A stretch of DNA of 64,000 nucleotides, taken from the NCBI GenBank assembly GCA_964519305.1, contig CAZFHY010000006.1:64001-128000 (forward strand), given 5' to 3'. The stretch is from Candidatus Undinarchaeota archaeon. Its GTDB lineage: Archaea > SpSt-1190 > JASMDC01. The notes below the pieces were generated by a model that was not told the DNA's origin, did no database searches, and was given only the letters and a program-made list of their open reading frames with translations. A program made the position numbers and the translations under genes. Below, one piece after another: positions 9,463 to 19,199 of this stretch (within the stretch, counting starts at the first letter, position 1; the number at the start of each line of letters is the position of its first letter).

Positions 9463-12400
9463 ACCGGCTGGCCGCCGCCCTCCTCCTTCTCGATGAGGTC
9501 CACCAGCTCGCTCAGCAGTCCGGTGACCATCGCTTCATCCTCTCCGTACACGGATAGCTCCACCTGTCCCTGGGCACCGTAGACCACCTTGATGCTGGCT
9601 CCGATGAATGCCTTGCTGTACGCACCCTGACCCGAGTACTCTCCGAGCATGCTCGTCCTGTCGGGGGCCACCTCCTCGTGCACGGTATGGATGTTGTTGA
9701 ACCTAGTCTTGACCACCTGGAATATCCTGGTGGGATCGGTCCGGAGGGACATGCTCTTGGTCCCGCTCTGCAGGTACTGCTTCCGCTGGGCGAACTCCTG
9801 TGGTGTGAGGCGGACACGCTCGAGGAACGGACAAACGCTCCCAACGTCCACGGGATCGATCTGGACGACCTTGGTCTCTCCCTTGTTGTTCTCGTAGGTG
9901 GCGTACCCGGTGACGGTACCCTTCACACATCGAGTGGGTACAAGGTGGAAGATTGCGCTCTGGAACTCGTCAGGCCGGATGTTGCCCAGCTCAACGGTGG
10001 GCGAACCGCCCTGCACCTTGAAGGCCTTGGGATAGTCGATGGTGACCTTCACTTCGGTGATCTTGAAGGTTGAGTCGTTCTTCACCTTGATACCCAGCTT
10101 CACGGCGTTGCCCTCCATGGTCTTACCGCGCCGGATCACCACGGCCTCCTCGCCAATGGTCTTGCGCTTGAGCACCTTGAGGTAGTATGCGATGATGCTC
10201 AGTGAGCCGATGAAGGCGGCAACGATCTCCCAGTACTCCTTGAAGAACTTGACGAGGCCGTCCTTGTCGGTGGGGAGGATGCCGAACAGCAGGCCTTCAT
10301 CCTTGTCATCTTTGGGCCCAGCGGTGGGCCCGGGCTTATCGATGGGCTGTTCTTCTCCAGGGGGCGGTTGCTTGGCGGCATCCAGCTCGGTCTTGATGCG
10401 CGCCACGGCCGTGTGCGCGTCGACAAGGTCCTCGGCCTCGAGGCTGGCCTGTGTTTCCATGGTCAGCTCCTCGATGCGCTGGCGCATGCCCTCGTCCTCG
10501 ATGCCTCCGGCCTCCTCGATCGCGGCCTGGAGCTCCATCTGGATCTCCTCGCTCTGCAGGGCCTCGCGCTCCTCGTCCACCGAGCGGTACGCGTCGAGGT
10601 TGACATCGGTGGCCACCACGGCGGTACTGGCCTGGACTTCGGCCTCGCCGATCTCACCTTCGGCTGTGTATGACGTGGTCACGCTCTCCCCCGGCTCGAG
10701 TGCTGAGAGGTCCCAGCCAACGAGAGGGTCGTCACGCAACACCCTGGGCACGGGGCACGGTTGTCCGGACGTGCGCTGGCAGGTGTAGTGCAGCTCGAGC
10801 GCTGACACGGCCGCGCTCTTTGGGATCTCCATGATGAGCACAGCACCATCCACGGTCTCGCTGGCGGTGTTCTCGATAGTGCGGGTCACGACCGTGCGCA
10901 TGCGCTTCGCACCGGATTGATAAGTGGCCTCGATGACCTCGGCCTTCACACGCTGCTTCACCGTCTCCCGTAGCCGCTTGGCCGACTCTCTGACCGATTC
11001 GACCTTCTCCGATGGCGGAGGCGCATCATCTGTTGGTGTCAGGGCTTGCGCGAGCACGTGGTCGATTCTCTCCTCATGGACCTCGGCCTCCCGCTCCTCG
11101 ATGCCATGCATGGGATTAACGTCGACGGCGACCTTATCCTTGGCCCGCTCCATGGCCTTCTCCAGCTTATTCTTGGCCTTCAGGGCCTTACCGGGGTTCG
11201 CGTCCAGCTCGACCTCTAGTTCCTTCAGCTCGTTCAGGAGCTTGTCGATGCGTTCGATCATCCGCTGGTTCCGCTCCTCGGCACCGAGCTTCTGGATGAC
11301 CTCCTTCTTCTCCTCGGACTCCTGGTACATGGCATCGGACAGTTCCCCGAAGCTCTGGGACGTCTCGGCGACCTCGGTCTGGAGCTGTAACATCTCTTGC
11401 TGCATCTGCTCCTTGTCCTCCTCGTTGACCTCCACTGGGACGCATAGGGCAGGCCCTCGGTCACACATCTCGTTATCGCCGCACTGGTCGTCGAACGCAC
11501 AACAACCACGTCCGGCCTCGCAGCACCGCGTGTTCTGGCAGTTGCCGCTGCCGCACTCGTCAGGCTTGAAGCAGGGGGCGCCATCAGGTTTCCCGCCCGT
11601 AGGGCCTGGCGGGGGTTCAGCGGGTATGCAGTAGAACCGGCCCGTGTCGCACATCTCCGTGCGTCCGCAGTGCGCATCGGACTCGCAGCACTTCTCGCCG
11701 CCCGCACAGCACACGCCGTTCTGGCAGTTGCCCGTGGTGCATCCTTCGTTCGTACTGCAGGAATCACCGGGCTCGCTGAGCTTGACCTGAAGGATGCACG
11801 AGTTATCCTGGCAGTTGTAGTTCTCAGGGCATGGGCAGTCATTGCAGCATGTCCGGTAGTTTTCGCCCATCTCGCACTGGGCATCGCCGCACTTGAAGCA
11901 GTCCTCGGCCGGGAGGATGGTCATGGCAGCCCCTCCGTGGGCTGACCGTTCCTCTCCCGCTAAGGAATAGGTACCTTCTAGGCTGACCGATGTGGACCTC
12001 TCCTCGCAGGTATGGTCCGCGGAGATGACAAGGTCCATGGTCCTGACGCCGGTCTCCTCCTGCTCTTCATCATCGTACCATGGGAACTCGTCAAGCCAGA
12101 AAGAGGAGGGTTCGGAACTGATGCCCTCTTCAGTCCCCACATCGACGTCCACACCAGGGATATAACCCTCGACCTCGAACCGACAAGGTACGCTCACGGC
12201 ACCCCCGCCGCGAACGGAGAGCTCGCGACAGAATATTGTGAGCGTGGGCTCACCCTCGGATCCGGGATCGTCAGGCGTCTCGGTCGGTTCGCCCGGACAA
12301 TCGCCCTCCAGTATGAGCACGACCTCGGCGGTGTCGCCGGAGGCCCAGGTATCGCTGTTCACGATCACGGTGAGATCGTCATAGGAGCCCATGATCTCCT

Positions 12401-14336
12401 TCTCGTCAAGGAGGGCCTCGATGTAGTTGGCCGAGAACGTATCTGTGCTGCCGTCGAGTGAGACTACCTCGACCGAGGCGGTCCCGAGCGTATCGATGTC
12501 GAAGAGATTCAGTTTGTACCCGCACAACTCGAAAGGCTCGTTCAGAACGAGCGTCACCTTGTCCTCGTACGTCACGTCAGACGGTGGCTCGTCCGTGACC
12601 ACAGGCGTTTCCGTGACCGTCGGCGGTTCAGGGCCCTTTGTCACCTCAATCGGTTCGGGCTTCGGTGTAGTGGTGACTTGTCCTTCGGTTATCGGTTTGG
12701 ATGTGACCTGGGCCACGGTCTTCTCCCGACATTTGTTAGAGGCGCACTCGTACGTCTTCCCGTCCTTAGGGCAGTCCTCCGGTACGCAGCAGTAGCCTTC
12801 GCCTACGCAATAACCGCACCAGGAGGCGGTCCCTGTACCGCAAGCGTTACAATCGATGTCGTACTCGCACGTTCCGCTATCCGAGCACCACGCGTTGGTA
12901 CAGGTGCCGTACGGCGCCTTAGTGCACTGACCGGTGTCCTTGCACTCTGGAAGGGGGGTCGTGGCGCCTGGTATCGATTCGCACTTGTTGTCGATGCACT
13001 CGTACCCGTCGTCGCACTGGTTGTCGTCACAGCACTCTCCGTACTTGACATGGCCTGTAGTGCAGCAGATGGCCGGTGTCCTGCTGATCGTCACCTGTTG
13101 TCCGTACTTGCTGGCATCGGCGGGATATGTGCAGATGCCTCCCGAGCACTCCTCGAGCGTGCAGGGATCTGCATCTGAGCAATAGCAGTCAGCGCAGTTC
13201 CCGCAATTTTCCCCGGCCGTCGCCTCGCAGTGCCGGTCCATATCGCACGCCGCGGCCTCCCCTCCCGTACCGGTACCCGTCCCTTCAGTGGTCTCCTTGA
13301 CGCACTGATCGCCCGAGACCTCGTACCCCTCGGGGCATGGGCAGTTCGCTTCGTTGACGACGATGTTCCCGGAACTGGCGCAGTACAAAGGGGGATTGGC
13401 CGTGCAGGTGTCGTACGGCGTGCCGTCAGAGCACTCCTTGACGTCCTCTACGCACTTGTCCCCCGATACCTTGTACCCTTCGGGGCACGGGCAGTTCTCT
13501 TCGTTGACGACGATGTTCCCGGAACTGGCACAGTACAAAGGGGGATTGGCCGTGCAGGTGCTGTACGGCGTACCGTCCGTGCACTTCTTGGCCTCCTCTA
13601 CGCACGTGTCCCCCTCGACCTGGTACCCTTCGTGGCAGGGGCAGTTCGTTTCATCGACGACGAGGTTCCCGTCCTTGTCGCAGTACTTCGGCGGCGTCGA
13701 TGTACATGTACCGGTCGGTGTGCCGTCCGTGCACTCGAAGACCATGCACACCCCATTGGAACACTCCTGCTCCGCCGTGCAGGCCTTCGTGCAGGAGCCG
13801 CACCGCTGATGGTCCTTGTCGAGGTCGTAGCACACGCCATCGTCGCAGCGCGTCATCCAGTCATCAGCGCATGGCAGTGGCAGGCAGTCCCCGGACTCGC
13901 ACTTCTGCCAATCCGTGCAAATCTTACCGCACTCACCGCAGTTCACCTGGTCCCACTGCAGGTCGACGCACCCGACGATGGGGCAGTCAGTGAGCTTTGG
14001 ATCACCGCATCCGGCGGGTTCGTCGGCCGCGCACCCGCGGCCATCGGCCCCTTGCTGTCCCACGCCCACGCACCGGGGACGCATGGGATCGTTGCACGGG
14101 CACAGCGCGGGATTGTCCATGCAGTTCATGCCGGCCAGGCAGTCGCCTGTATCCGCCCTGCAGCCCCGGATGTTCGCTTCAGCGTGGCCCGGATCGCAGA
14201 TGGGGCGGAGGGCATCGCAGGCACATTGTGTAGGGTTGGTCTGGCAGTTGTCGCCCGTTGGACATATTCCGGCCGCGAGCGCCAGACCAGCAAATAATAC
14301 GAGCACGAACAGTAGTGATTTCCGCCTCATGAGCAT
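9459..14336 (-). CDS. Giant Cys-rich single-pass surface protein with cytoplasmic adaptin-appendage-like domain
   Basis: Signal peptide; STIG1-like (D..NCGECG..C) and other Cys repeats; coiled coil; TM (WEIVAAFIGSLSIIAYYLKVL); ~220-aa C-terminal beta-sandwich + platform-like domain. Confidence 0.8.
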   Translation of the reverse strand: MLMRRKSLLFVLVLFAGLALAAGICPTGDNCQTNPTQCACDALRPICDPGHAEANIRGCRADTGDCLAGMNCMDNPALCPCNDPMRPRCVGVGQQGADGRGCAADEPAGCGDPKLTDCPIVGCVDLQWDQVNCGECGKICTDWQKCESGDCLPLPCADDWMTRCDDGVCYDLDKDHQRCGSCTKACTAEQECSNGVCMVFECTDGTPTGTCTSTPPKYCDKDGNLVVDETNCPCHEGYQVEGDTCVEEAKKCTDGTPYSTCTANPPLYCASSGNIVVNEENCPCPEGYKVSGDKCVEDVKECSDGTPYDTCTANPPLYCASSGNIVVNEANCPCPEGYEVSGDQCVKETTEGTGTGTGGEAAACDMDRHCEATAGENCGNCADCYCSDADPCTLEECSGGICTYPADASKYGQQVTISRTPAICCTTGHVKYGECCDDNQCDDGYECIDNKCESIPGATTPLPECKDTGQCTKAPYGTCTNAWCSDSGTCEYDIDCNACGTGTASWCGYCVGEGYCCVPEDCPKDGKTYECASNKCREKTVAQVTSKPITEGQVTTTPKPEPIEVTKGPEPPTVTETPVVTDEPPSDVTYEDKVTLVLNEPFELCGYKLNLFDIDTLGTASVEVVSLDGSTDTFSANYIEALLDEKEIMGSYDDLTVIVNSDTWASGDTAEVVLILEGDCPGEPTETPDDPGSEGEPTLTIFCRELSVRGGGAVSVPCRFEVEGYIPGVDVDVGTEEGISSEPSSFWLDEFPWYDDEEQEETGVRTMDLVISADHTCEERSTSVSLEGTYSLAGEERSAHGGAAMTILPAEDCFKCGDAQCEMGENYRTCCNDCPCPENYNCQDNSCILQVKLSEPGDSCSTNEGCTTGNCQNGVCCAGGEKCCESDAHCGRTEMCDTGRFYCIPAEPPPGPTGGKPDGAPCFKPDECGSGNCQNTRCCEAGRGCCAFDDQCGDNEMCDRGPALCVPVEVNEEDKEQMQQEMLQLQTEVAETSQSFGELSDAMYQESEEKKEVIQKLGAEERNQRMIERIDKLLNELKELEVELDANPGKALKAKNKLEKAMERAKDKVAVDVNPMHGIEEREAEVHEERIDHVLAQALTPTDDAPPPSEKVESVRESAKRLRETVKQRVKAEVIEATYQSGAKRMRTVVTRTIENTASETVDGAVLIMEIPKSAAVSALELHYTCQRTSGQPCPVPRVLRDDPLVGWDLSALEPGESVTTSYTAEGEIGEAEVQASTAVVATDVNLDAYRSVDEEREALQSEEIQMELQAAIEEAGGIEDEGMRQRIEELTMETQASLEAEDLVDAHTAVARIKTELDAAKQPPPGEEQPIDKPGPTAGPKDDKDEGLLFGILPTDKDGLVKFFKEYWEIVAAFIGSLSIIAYYLKVLKRKTIGEEAVVIRRGKTMEGNAVKLGIKVKNDSTFKITEVKVTIDYPKAFKVQGGSPTVELGNIRPDEFQSAIFHLVPTRCVKGTVTGYATYENNKGETKVVQIDPVDVGSVCPFLERVRLTPQEFAQRKQYLQSGTKSMSLRTDPTRIFQVVKTRFNNIHTVHEEVAPDRTSMLGEYSGQGAYSKAFIGASIKVVYGAQGQVELSVYGEDEAMVTGLLSELVDLIEKEEGGGQPV
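13300..13735 (-). repeat. Three tandem ~150-bp intragenic repeats (CTDGTP..TCTANPPLYC..GNIVVNE.NCPCPEGY.V.GD.CVE)
   Basis: Near-identical DNA repeats, e.g. ttgacgacgatgttcccggaactggc.cagtacaaagggggattggccgtgcaggtg occurs twice. Confidence 0.85.
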
Positions 14337-14434
14337 TCCCCTTCCTTCTACTAAGTAAGGTGGAGGGAAGGACGATTTAAGTAGGTTTTGAAAAAGGGCC
14401 TCCGTTAACGGGTTTTATACCTCCGGTACGATGC

Positions 14435-14893
14435 TCACTTATTCCCCTTCACTCCCGGGCACTTGATACGTTCCCCTGTCTTGCAGTAGTACGTGAAGCA
14501 GTCGATCCACGGGGGGTCCTTCGGGTTCCCCTGCACGAACTCCAGCAGCTTCCTCAACTGTGACATGGTGGCCGGTGAGATGTGGTGCCCGACCTCGGCG
14601 GCGTCCACCTCAGCCTGCTCCCCCTCCACACCGATCATCTCGAAGAGGGCTGCCAACAGCCGGTGCCGGTCCATGCACTTCTTCGCCAGCTTCTTTCCCC
14701 TGGGTGTCAGAGTAACTCCTGCATAGCTCTGGTAGTTGACCAGTTCCTCGTCCTGGAGCTTGCCGAGCATCTCGGTGACCGATGGAGGCTTGACGCCTAG
14801 GCGTGACGCGAGCTTCCCCGTCCGGGCACGCCCGTCCTGTTTCTCTAACACGAATATGGCCTCTATGTAGTCTTCCTTTGTCTGTTTCCGCAT
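14435..14893 (-). CDS. DtxR/MntR-family metal-dependent repressor
   Basis: EDYIEAIF, LGVKPPSVTEMLGKL, LTPRG, RHRLL, EVDAAEVGHHIS; ATG at 14893. Confidence 0.9.
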   Translation of the reverse strand: MRKQTKEDYIEAIFVLEKQDGRARTGKLASRLGVKPPSVTEMLGKLQDEELVNYQSYAGVTLTPRGKKLAKKCMDRHRLLAALFEMIGVEGEQAEVDAAEVGHHISPATMSQLRKLLEFVQGNPKDPPWIDCFTYYCKTGERIKCPGVKGNK

Positions 14894-14897
14894 ACTA

Positions 14898-15542
14898 TCA
14901 TTCCTCCCCTGTCTTCTTACCTTTCCTTCTGACGAATATGTCCTCACCGATCCCTCTCTCCAGGGCGATGGTCGTCTCTCCCACCTGGATCACCAGGGAT
15001 GGCGATGTCCGGTGCACGTGCACCTCGAGCCCCGGTACGATACCGAAGGACATGAGCTTGTGGAGCCGGGGGTGGCGCTTGGTGTGGAGGTACGACACGA
15101 TCCCCTTCTCGCCGACCCCCAGATCGGTGAGGGGCACCACGATGCTCTTGGCATCGATGCGCCGTTCCTCGCAACACGGTCCCGGGGGGATGGGCGTGCC
15201 GTGAGGGCATACCTTCGGATGGCCCAGGAGCGTGCAGATGTTCTCCTCGACCCCGGGAGAGAGTATGTGCTCGAACCTGCACGCCTGGTCATGGATCTCT
15301 GAGTCGTTCATCTGTAGAACGTCGTGGAGCAGCCTCTCGGCGAGCCGGTGCCGGCGCACGATGGCCCGGCCGACATCCTCGCCCTTGCTCGTGAGGACCA
15401 CACGGTCGTTGACGACCTCGGTCAGCTCCCGCTCCATGAGAGCGCTCAGGTCCTCGTCCCTCACGTCCTTCATCTTGACCTGGGCTCCCTTGTCCTTCTT
15501 GATCCATAGATGCTCGAGCACCTCCTCCAGTTGTTCGATCAT
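14898..15542 (-). CDS. DtxR-family regulator with C-terminal FeoA domain
   Basis: RRHRLAERLL, ACRFEHILS, LLGHPKVCPHGTPIP, then FeoA-like KLMSFGIVPGLEVHV. Confidence 0.9.
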   Translation of the reverse strand: MIEQLEEVLEHLWIKKDKGAQVKMKDVRDEDLSALMERELTEVVNDRVVLTSKGEDVGRAIVRRHRLAERLLHDVLQMNDSEIHDQACRFEHILSPGVEENICTLLGHPKVCPHGTPIPPGPCCEERRIDAKSIVVPLTDLGVGEKGIVSYLHTKRHPRLHKLMSFGIVPGLEVHVHRTSPSLVIQVGETTIALERGIGEDIFVRRKGKKTGEE

Positions 15543-15571
15543 GGTAGTATCCCCCGTTCACCAGTACCGGG

Positions 15572-17752
15572 CTAGAGGCTCACCCCCGTGAGGGTCAGCA
15601 GCGCGTTGAGCACAGAGCCCACGAGCACCGAGTAGATAATGATGAAAGCGAACAATGCAAGGCCGGTCCATCGCCCCTGCTCCTTGAGGATGACGAAGAA
15701 CGCCGCGATGCACGGGACGAAGAGGTTCAAGGTGACGATGGCGACAACGATCTGGTTATTGGAGAGGAGAGAAAGGCCGGTGACCGGATCGATGGTACGG
15801 GCCATTTCCAGGAAGCCCGCGGCCCCGTAATCCCGGCGGATGAAGCCCATGAGGAAGAACCGGGCGGTCTCTTTTGGTAGCCCGAGCATTGAGCTCACCA
15901 CGGGCTGGAGGGCCGTCTCCAGTACCTCGAGCGCGCCGGTATGGTGGAGCACGAAGAGGAGGGCCGTACCGAGCATGAAGAGAGGGATGGCCTCCACGAG
16001 GAACCACTTGGTACGCATCCAGGTCTTGGTGACGATGTTGCGCAGGAACGGCCTGCGGATGGGCGGCAGCTCCATGATGAAGTCCGAGTCGTCGCCGGGG
16101 ATGATACGTGCGGCGAGCCGGCCGACGATGATCAGCTGGAGGAGCACGGTCATGAAGGCAACGATCAGGGCGGTCGTGGATAACCCGGCCAGCAGCCCCA
16201 TCATCACGCCCAGCTGAGCGGAACAGGGGATGGCCAGGGCAATGAGCAGTGTGGCGATGAGCCGCTCCTTCCGCGTCTCAAGGATGCGTGCGGTGAGCAC
16301 GGCCATGGTCCCGCACCCGAACCCGAGCACGATGGGTAGGATGGCCTTGCCCGACAGCCCAATCTGGCGGAACACGCGGTTGGCCATGATAGTGAGCCGT
16401 GGGAGGTAGCCCGAGTCCTCCAGGATACCGAAAGCTATGAAGAACGTCCCGACGATGGGGAGCACGATGGCTATGGCATAGGTCAGGCCCATGCTGATGA
16501 TGCCGAACTCCCCGAGGAGGAAGTCGTACACGATGTTCGTCTCCGGGATGAACAATGCAGCCGTAGCACGGGACCACGGGATGACACGGGCCTTGAACAC
16601 ATCGGTCTCGAGGAAGTCCACAAGGAAACCAGCACCCACTATCCCCACGAACTGGTAGATCAGGAACATGACCGCGAGAAGGATGGGGATGGCGGTGACC
16701 GGGGAGAAGGTCAGCTGCGAGAACCGCTCCTCCACGCTCGTGGTCGAGGGGAGCTCCTGGCGATAGACCTCGTCGTGGACAGCTGATACCTTGTGCTGTA
16801 GGGAGGCATCGAACACCTGGGCGAGCGGTCGCGTGTATTCCTCCTCTAGTCCCGCACCTACTTTCTCCACCTGCACCATGGCGTCCTTGCCGTGGACCTT
16901 CCTGAGATGCTCGTTGAGGGTAGCATCGCCGGAGAGCGCCATGACGGCCTCCTGGACGCTGCTCAGGACATCGGAGAGCTCCTCCACGGCTTTACCAGCG
17001 GCGCCGCGGTAGATGTCGGGCGCCGGGGGCAGCACATCGCTCGCGGCCACATCCGCGAGACGGCGGCGGAGCGTGAAGATGCCCTTGCTCTCCGGGGCGA
17101 CGGTCTTAACGACCGGGATCCCCAGCAGTTGGGAGAGTCGGTCGGTGTCGATCGCGACGCCCTTGGCCAGCGCCTCGTCCCACATATTAAGGGCGAGCAC
17201 AACCGGCTGGCGCATGGAGAGGAGCTGGAGCGTGAGCACGAGGGCCCGGCGGAGGTTCTTGGCATCGGCCACCTGGAGCACGATATCGGCGCCCTCGAGG
17301 AGGATGTCGCGGGTGACCGCTTCGTCCTCGCTCATGGGCACGAGGCTGTTGGTGCCCGGCGTGTCCATAACCTCGAACTCCTCGCCCCCGATTGTACCAC
17401 TACCGCACAGCATCTCTACGGTGGTTCCGGGGTAGTTGGAGGCCACGGCGTACTGGCCGGTGAGATGGGAGAATATGACGCTCTTTCCGACGTTGGGATT
17501 GCCCACCAGCACCAGACGCCGGGGGAGCGGCCTCACGATGACCTTGTCCGCCATCCCCCGTCCCAGTTCGACCTCGTTCCCGTCGACATCGACGGTCACG
17601 GGGCCACTGTCGGGAGGTACGGACACGATCCTGACGAGGATGCCCTCACGGATGCCCTTCTCATCGAGCCATCGCGTGAGGTTACCACGGCCGTCGATGG
17701 ACTCGACGATACCGCTCCGCCCCGTACCGAGCTCGACGAGTGACGGCCCCAT
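15572..17752 (-). CDS. feoB: Ferrous iron transporter FeoB with N-terminal FeoA domain
   Basis: FeoA (GIREGILV...LGRGMADKVIV); G1 GNPNVGKS, NYPGTTVE, DTPG, NMWD; LEDSGYLPR, GFGC, IPCSAQ, FIMELP, PCIAA. Confidence 0.95.
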   Translation of the reverse strand: MGPSLVELGTGRSGIVESIDGRGNLTRWLDEKGIREGILVRIVSVPPDSGPVTVDVDGNEVELGRGMADKVIVRPLPRRLVLVGNPNVGKSVIFSHLTGQYAVASNYPGTTVEMLCGSGTIGGEEFEVMDTPGTNSLVPMSEDEAVTRDILLEGADIVLQVADAKNLRRALVLTLQLLSMRQPVVLALNMWDEALAKGVAIDTDRLSQLLGIPVVKTVAPESKGIFTLRRRLADVAASDVLPPAPDIYRGAAGKAVEELSDVLSSVQEAVMALSGDATLNEHLRKVHGKDAMVQVEKVGAGLEEEYTRPLAQVFDASLQHKVSAVHDEVYRQELPSTTSVEERFSQLTFSPVTAIPILLAVMFLIYQFVGIVGAGFLVDFLETDVFKARVIPWSRATAALFIPETNIVYDFLLGEFGIISMGLTYAIAIVLPIVGTFFIAFGILEDSGYLPRLTIMANRVFRQIGLSGKAILPIVLGFGCGTMAVLTARILETRKERLIATLLIALAIPCSAQLGVMMGLLAGLSTTALIVAFMTVLLQLIIVGRLAARIIPGDDSDFIMELPPIRRPFLRNIVTKTWMRTKWFLVEAIPLFMLGTALLFVLHHTGALEVLETALQPVVSSMLGLPKETARFFLMGFIRRDYGAAGFLEMARTIDPVTGLSLLSNNQIVVAIVTLNLFVPCIAAFFVILKEQGRWTGLALFAFIIIYSVLVGSVLNALLTLTGVSL

Positions 17753-17761
17753 CACACCCGC

Positions 17762-17793
17762 TTGGGGTTACCTAACTTTTTAGGTCTTCCTAT
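17762..17793. promoter_or_regulatory. Two tandem DtxR/MntR-type operator boxes (TTAGG-N4-CCTAA-like)
   Basis: TTGGGGTTACCTAA (17762-17775) and TTAGGTCTTCCTAT (17780-17793), each one mismatch from the palindrome TTAGG-N4-CCTAA, immediately upstream of feoAB. Confidence 0.7.
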
Positions 17794-17855
17794 GGAGGCC
17801 CGCCAAAGCAAACGTTTTTAACCTGCTCTTCCATGGACACCCGCAGGTAATCATC

Positions 17856-18032
17856 ATGGCTGTTAAGATCGATGAAGAAGAGTGCATCGGGTGCGGCTCC
17901 TGCGTTGGCGCCTGCCCCAGCGAGGCCATCGAGCTCAACGATGACAAGGCGAAGATCAAGGCCGACGACTGTGTCGAGTGCCTTGCCTGCATCGATGCAT
18001 GTCCCGTGGACGCCATATCTGAGCCTGAATAG
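17856..18032 (+). CDS. 2[4Fe-4S] ferredoxin
   Basis: Hand translation (58 aa, below track cutoff): MAVKIDEEECIGCGSCVGACPSEAIELNDDKAKIKADDCVECLACIDACPVDAISEPE; two CxxCxxCxxxCP motifs. Confidence 0.95.
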   Translation: MAVKIDEEECIGCGSCVGACPSEAIELNDDKAKIKADDCVECLACIDACPVDAISEPE

Positions 18033-18170
18033 GCCGGATCATCGTTAGGGTCTTTCGGCCGGAGACCGTCCGTGGTCTTCGGCCCAGTTCTTCCATTTCT
18101 TGAGTCTGACGTCTAGGGATAGCGCGATGGATTCGGGTGTACGCGGTGCGTGCGTACCTTCAGATCGGTA

Positions 18171-19133
18171 TCAACCGCAGCCGCCGCAACCGCCGCACGG
18201 ACCGTCGGCGTCGCCGTAACCAGCCGGTGCTTCCATGGTTAGTGGGGCATGGGCATCGTATCCTGCTCCGGCGCAGGACAGGCTCGGGCAGAGACCCAGG
18301 AGGTCGGCGTGCTCGTACTGGCCCTTGAACTCGCCCATCTTGACGACCTTATGCTGAACGACGTCACCCTTGTCCAGCTCGTATGTGGTGGTAAGGGAGA
18401 AGCCCTTGGAGTACTGCGTCACCTCGGGCTCGAAGGCAGCATACCCCTCGCTCTTCATACGTCCCTCGAAGGAGTCGCGCTCGGAGTCGTCGAGCTTGTG
18501 GTCGAACTTCATGATGACCGTGGACTCGTAGATCTTGGCCGCCGGGTTCTTGAGGTTGGCGCCGCATGCCTTGGCGACCACGGTCATGGAGTAGTCGTCG
18601 AAACCGTTGTCGAGGTCCAGCTCGTCACGTAGCTCGATAGAGAGAGTGTCGGCCGTGGCGTATGCGTCGTCGCCCAGGCGGTGAGCGTTCTTCGCCACGA
18701 GATCGGGCAGTTTCTCCAGGAAGCCCAAGGGCACCTTGTCCTGACTCAGCTTGAAGTCGAGATGGCCGCGTTCGAGTTCGTGGATGGCCTGGTAGCTTAG
18801 AGGATCGCGTTCTTCGAGGATGGTCTGACGTACCTCGAACAGGATCTCCTTCTGGGCACGCATCTTCGCGGATCCCGGACAACCGCCGCCGGCAGCATAG
18901 GTCTGGGCCCGCTCGGTGAGCTCCTGCTCCAGCTCGGGCCGGTGGTCGATGATGTACTGCTGCATGTCGGCGTCGATGTCCTCCTGCAGCTCGAACTTGG
19001 ACAGGTCCACCGCCCGCTTAACGCTGGTGGTGTCCAGATACCCGTCCTTGGCCATCCAGTTGGTGACCGCATCGTCCAGCTGTGACAGCAGTCCTTTCGT
19101 AGAATGAGCGTTCTTTGATACCATGATGTTCAC
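18171..19133 (-). CDS. Hypothetical protein with C-terminal CGGCGGCG tail
   Basis: 320-aa ORF with strong codon bias; Cys motifs GGGCPG, LCPSLSC, PCGGCGGCG*. Confidence 0.65.
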   Translation of the reverse strand: MNIMVSKNAHSTKGLLSQLDDAVTNWMAKDGYLDTTSVKRAVDLSKFELQEDIDADMQQYIIDHRPELEQELTERAQTYAAGGGCPGSAKMRAQKEILFEVRQTILEERDPLSYQAIHELERGHLDFKLSQDKVPLGFLEKLPDLVAKNAHRLGDDAYATADTLSIELRDELDLDNGFDDYSMTVVAKACGANLKNPAAKIYESTVIMKFDHKLDDSERDSFEGRMKSEGYAAFEPEVTQYSKGFSLTTTYELDKGDVVQHKVVKMGEFKGQYEHADLLGLCPSLSCAGAGYDAHAPLTMEAPAGYGDADGPCGGCGGCG

Positions 19134-19199
19134 GACCGTGTCTGTTTATGACATGGTCGCCTGGACGCCCGGTTCTTATGTCTTTCCTTTGCCCCGGCC

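Noticed and set aside
13230-14297. Long antisense or alternate-frame ORFs (also 7114-7869, 16892-17743, 24220-25065, 62379-63194 and the 5' part of 32377-33402)
   Set aside because: Shadow ORFs expected from high GC3; they overlap well-supported genes and have Arg/Gly/Pro-rich or antisense-type composition
14340-14372. Hairpin overlapping the SD region of the giant surface gene
   Set aside because: On the coding strand it has two C-A mismatches and low complexity; no support for a regulatory role
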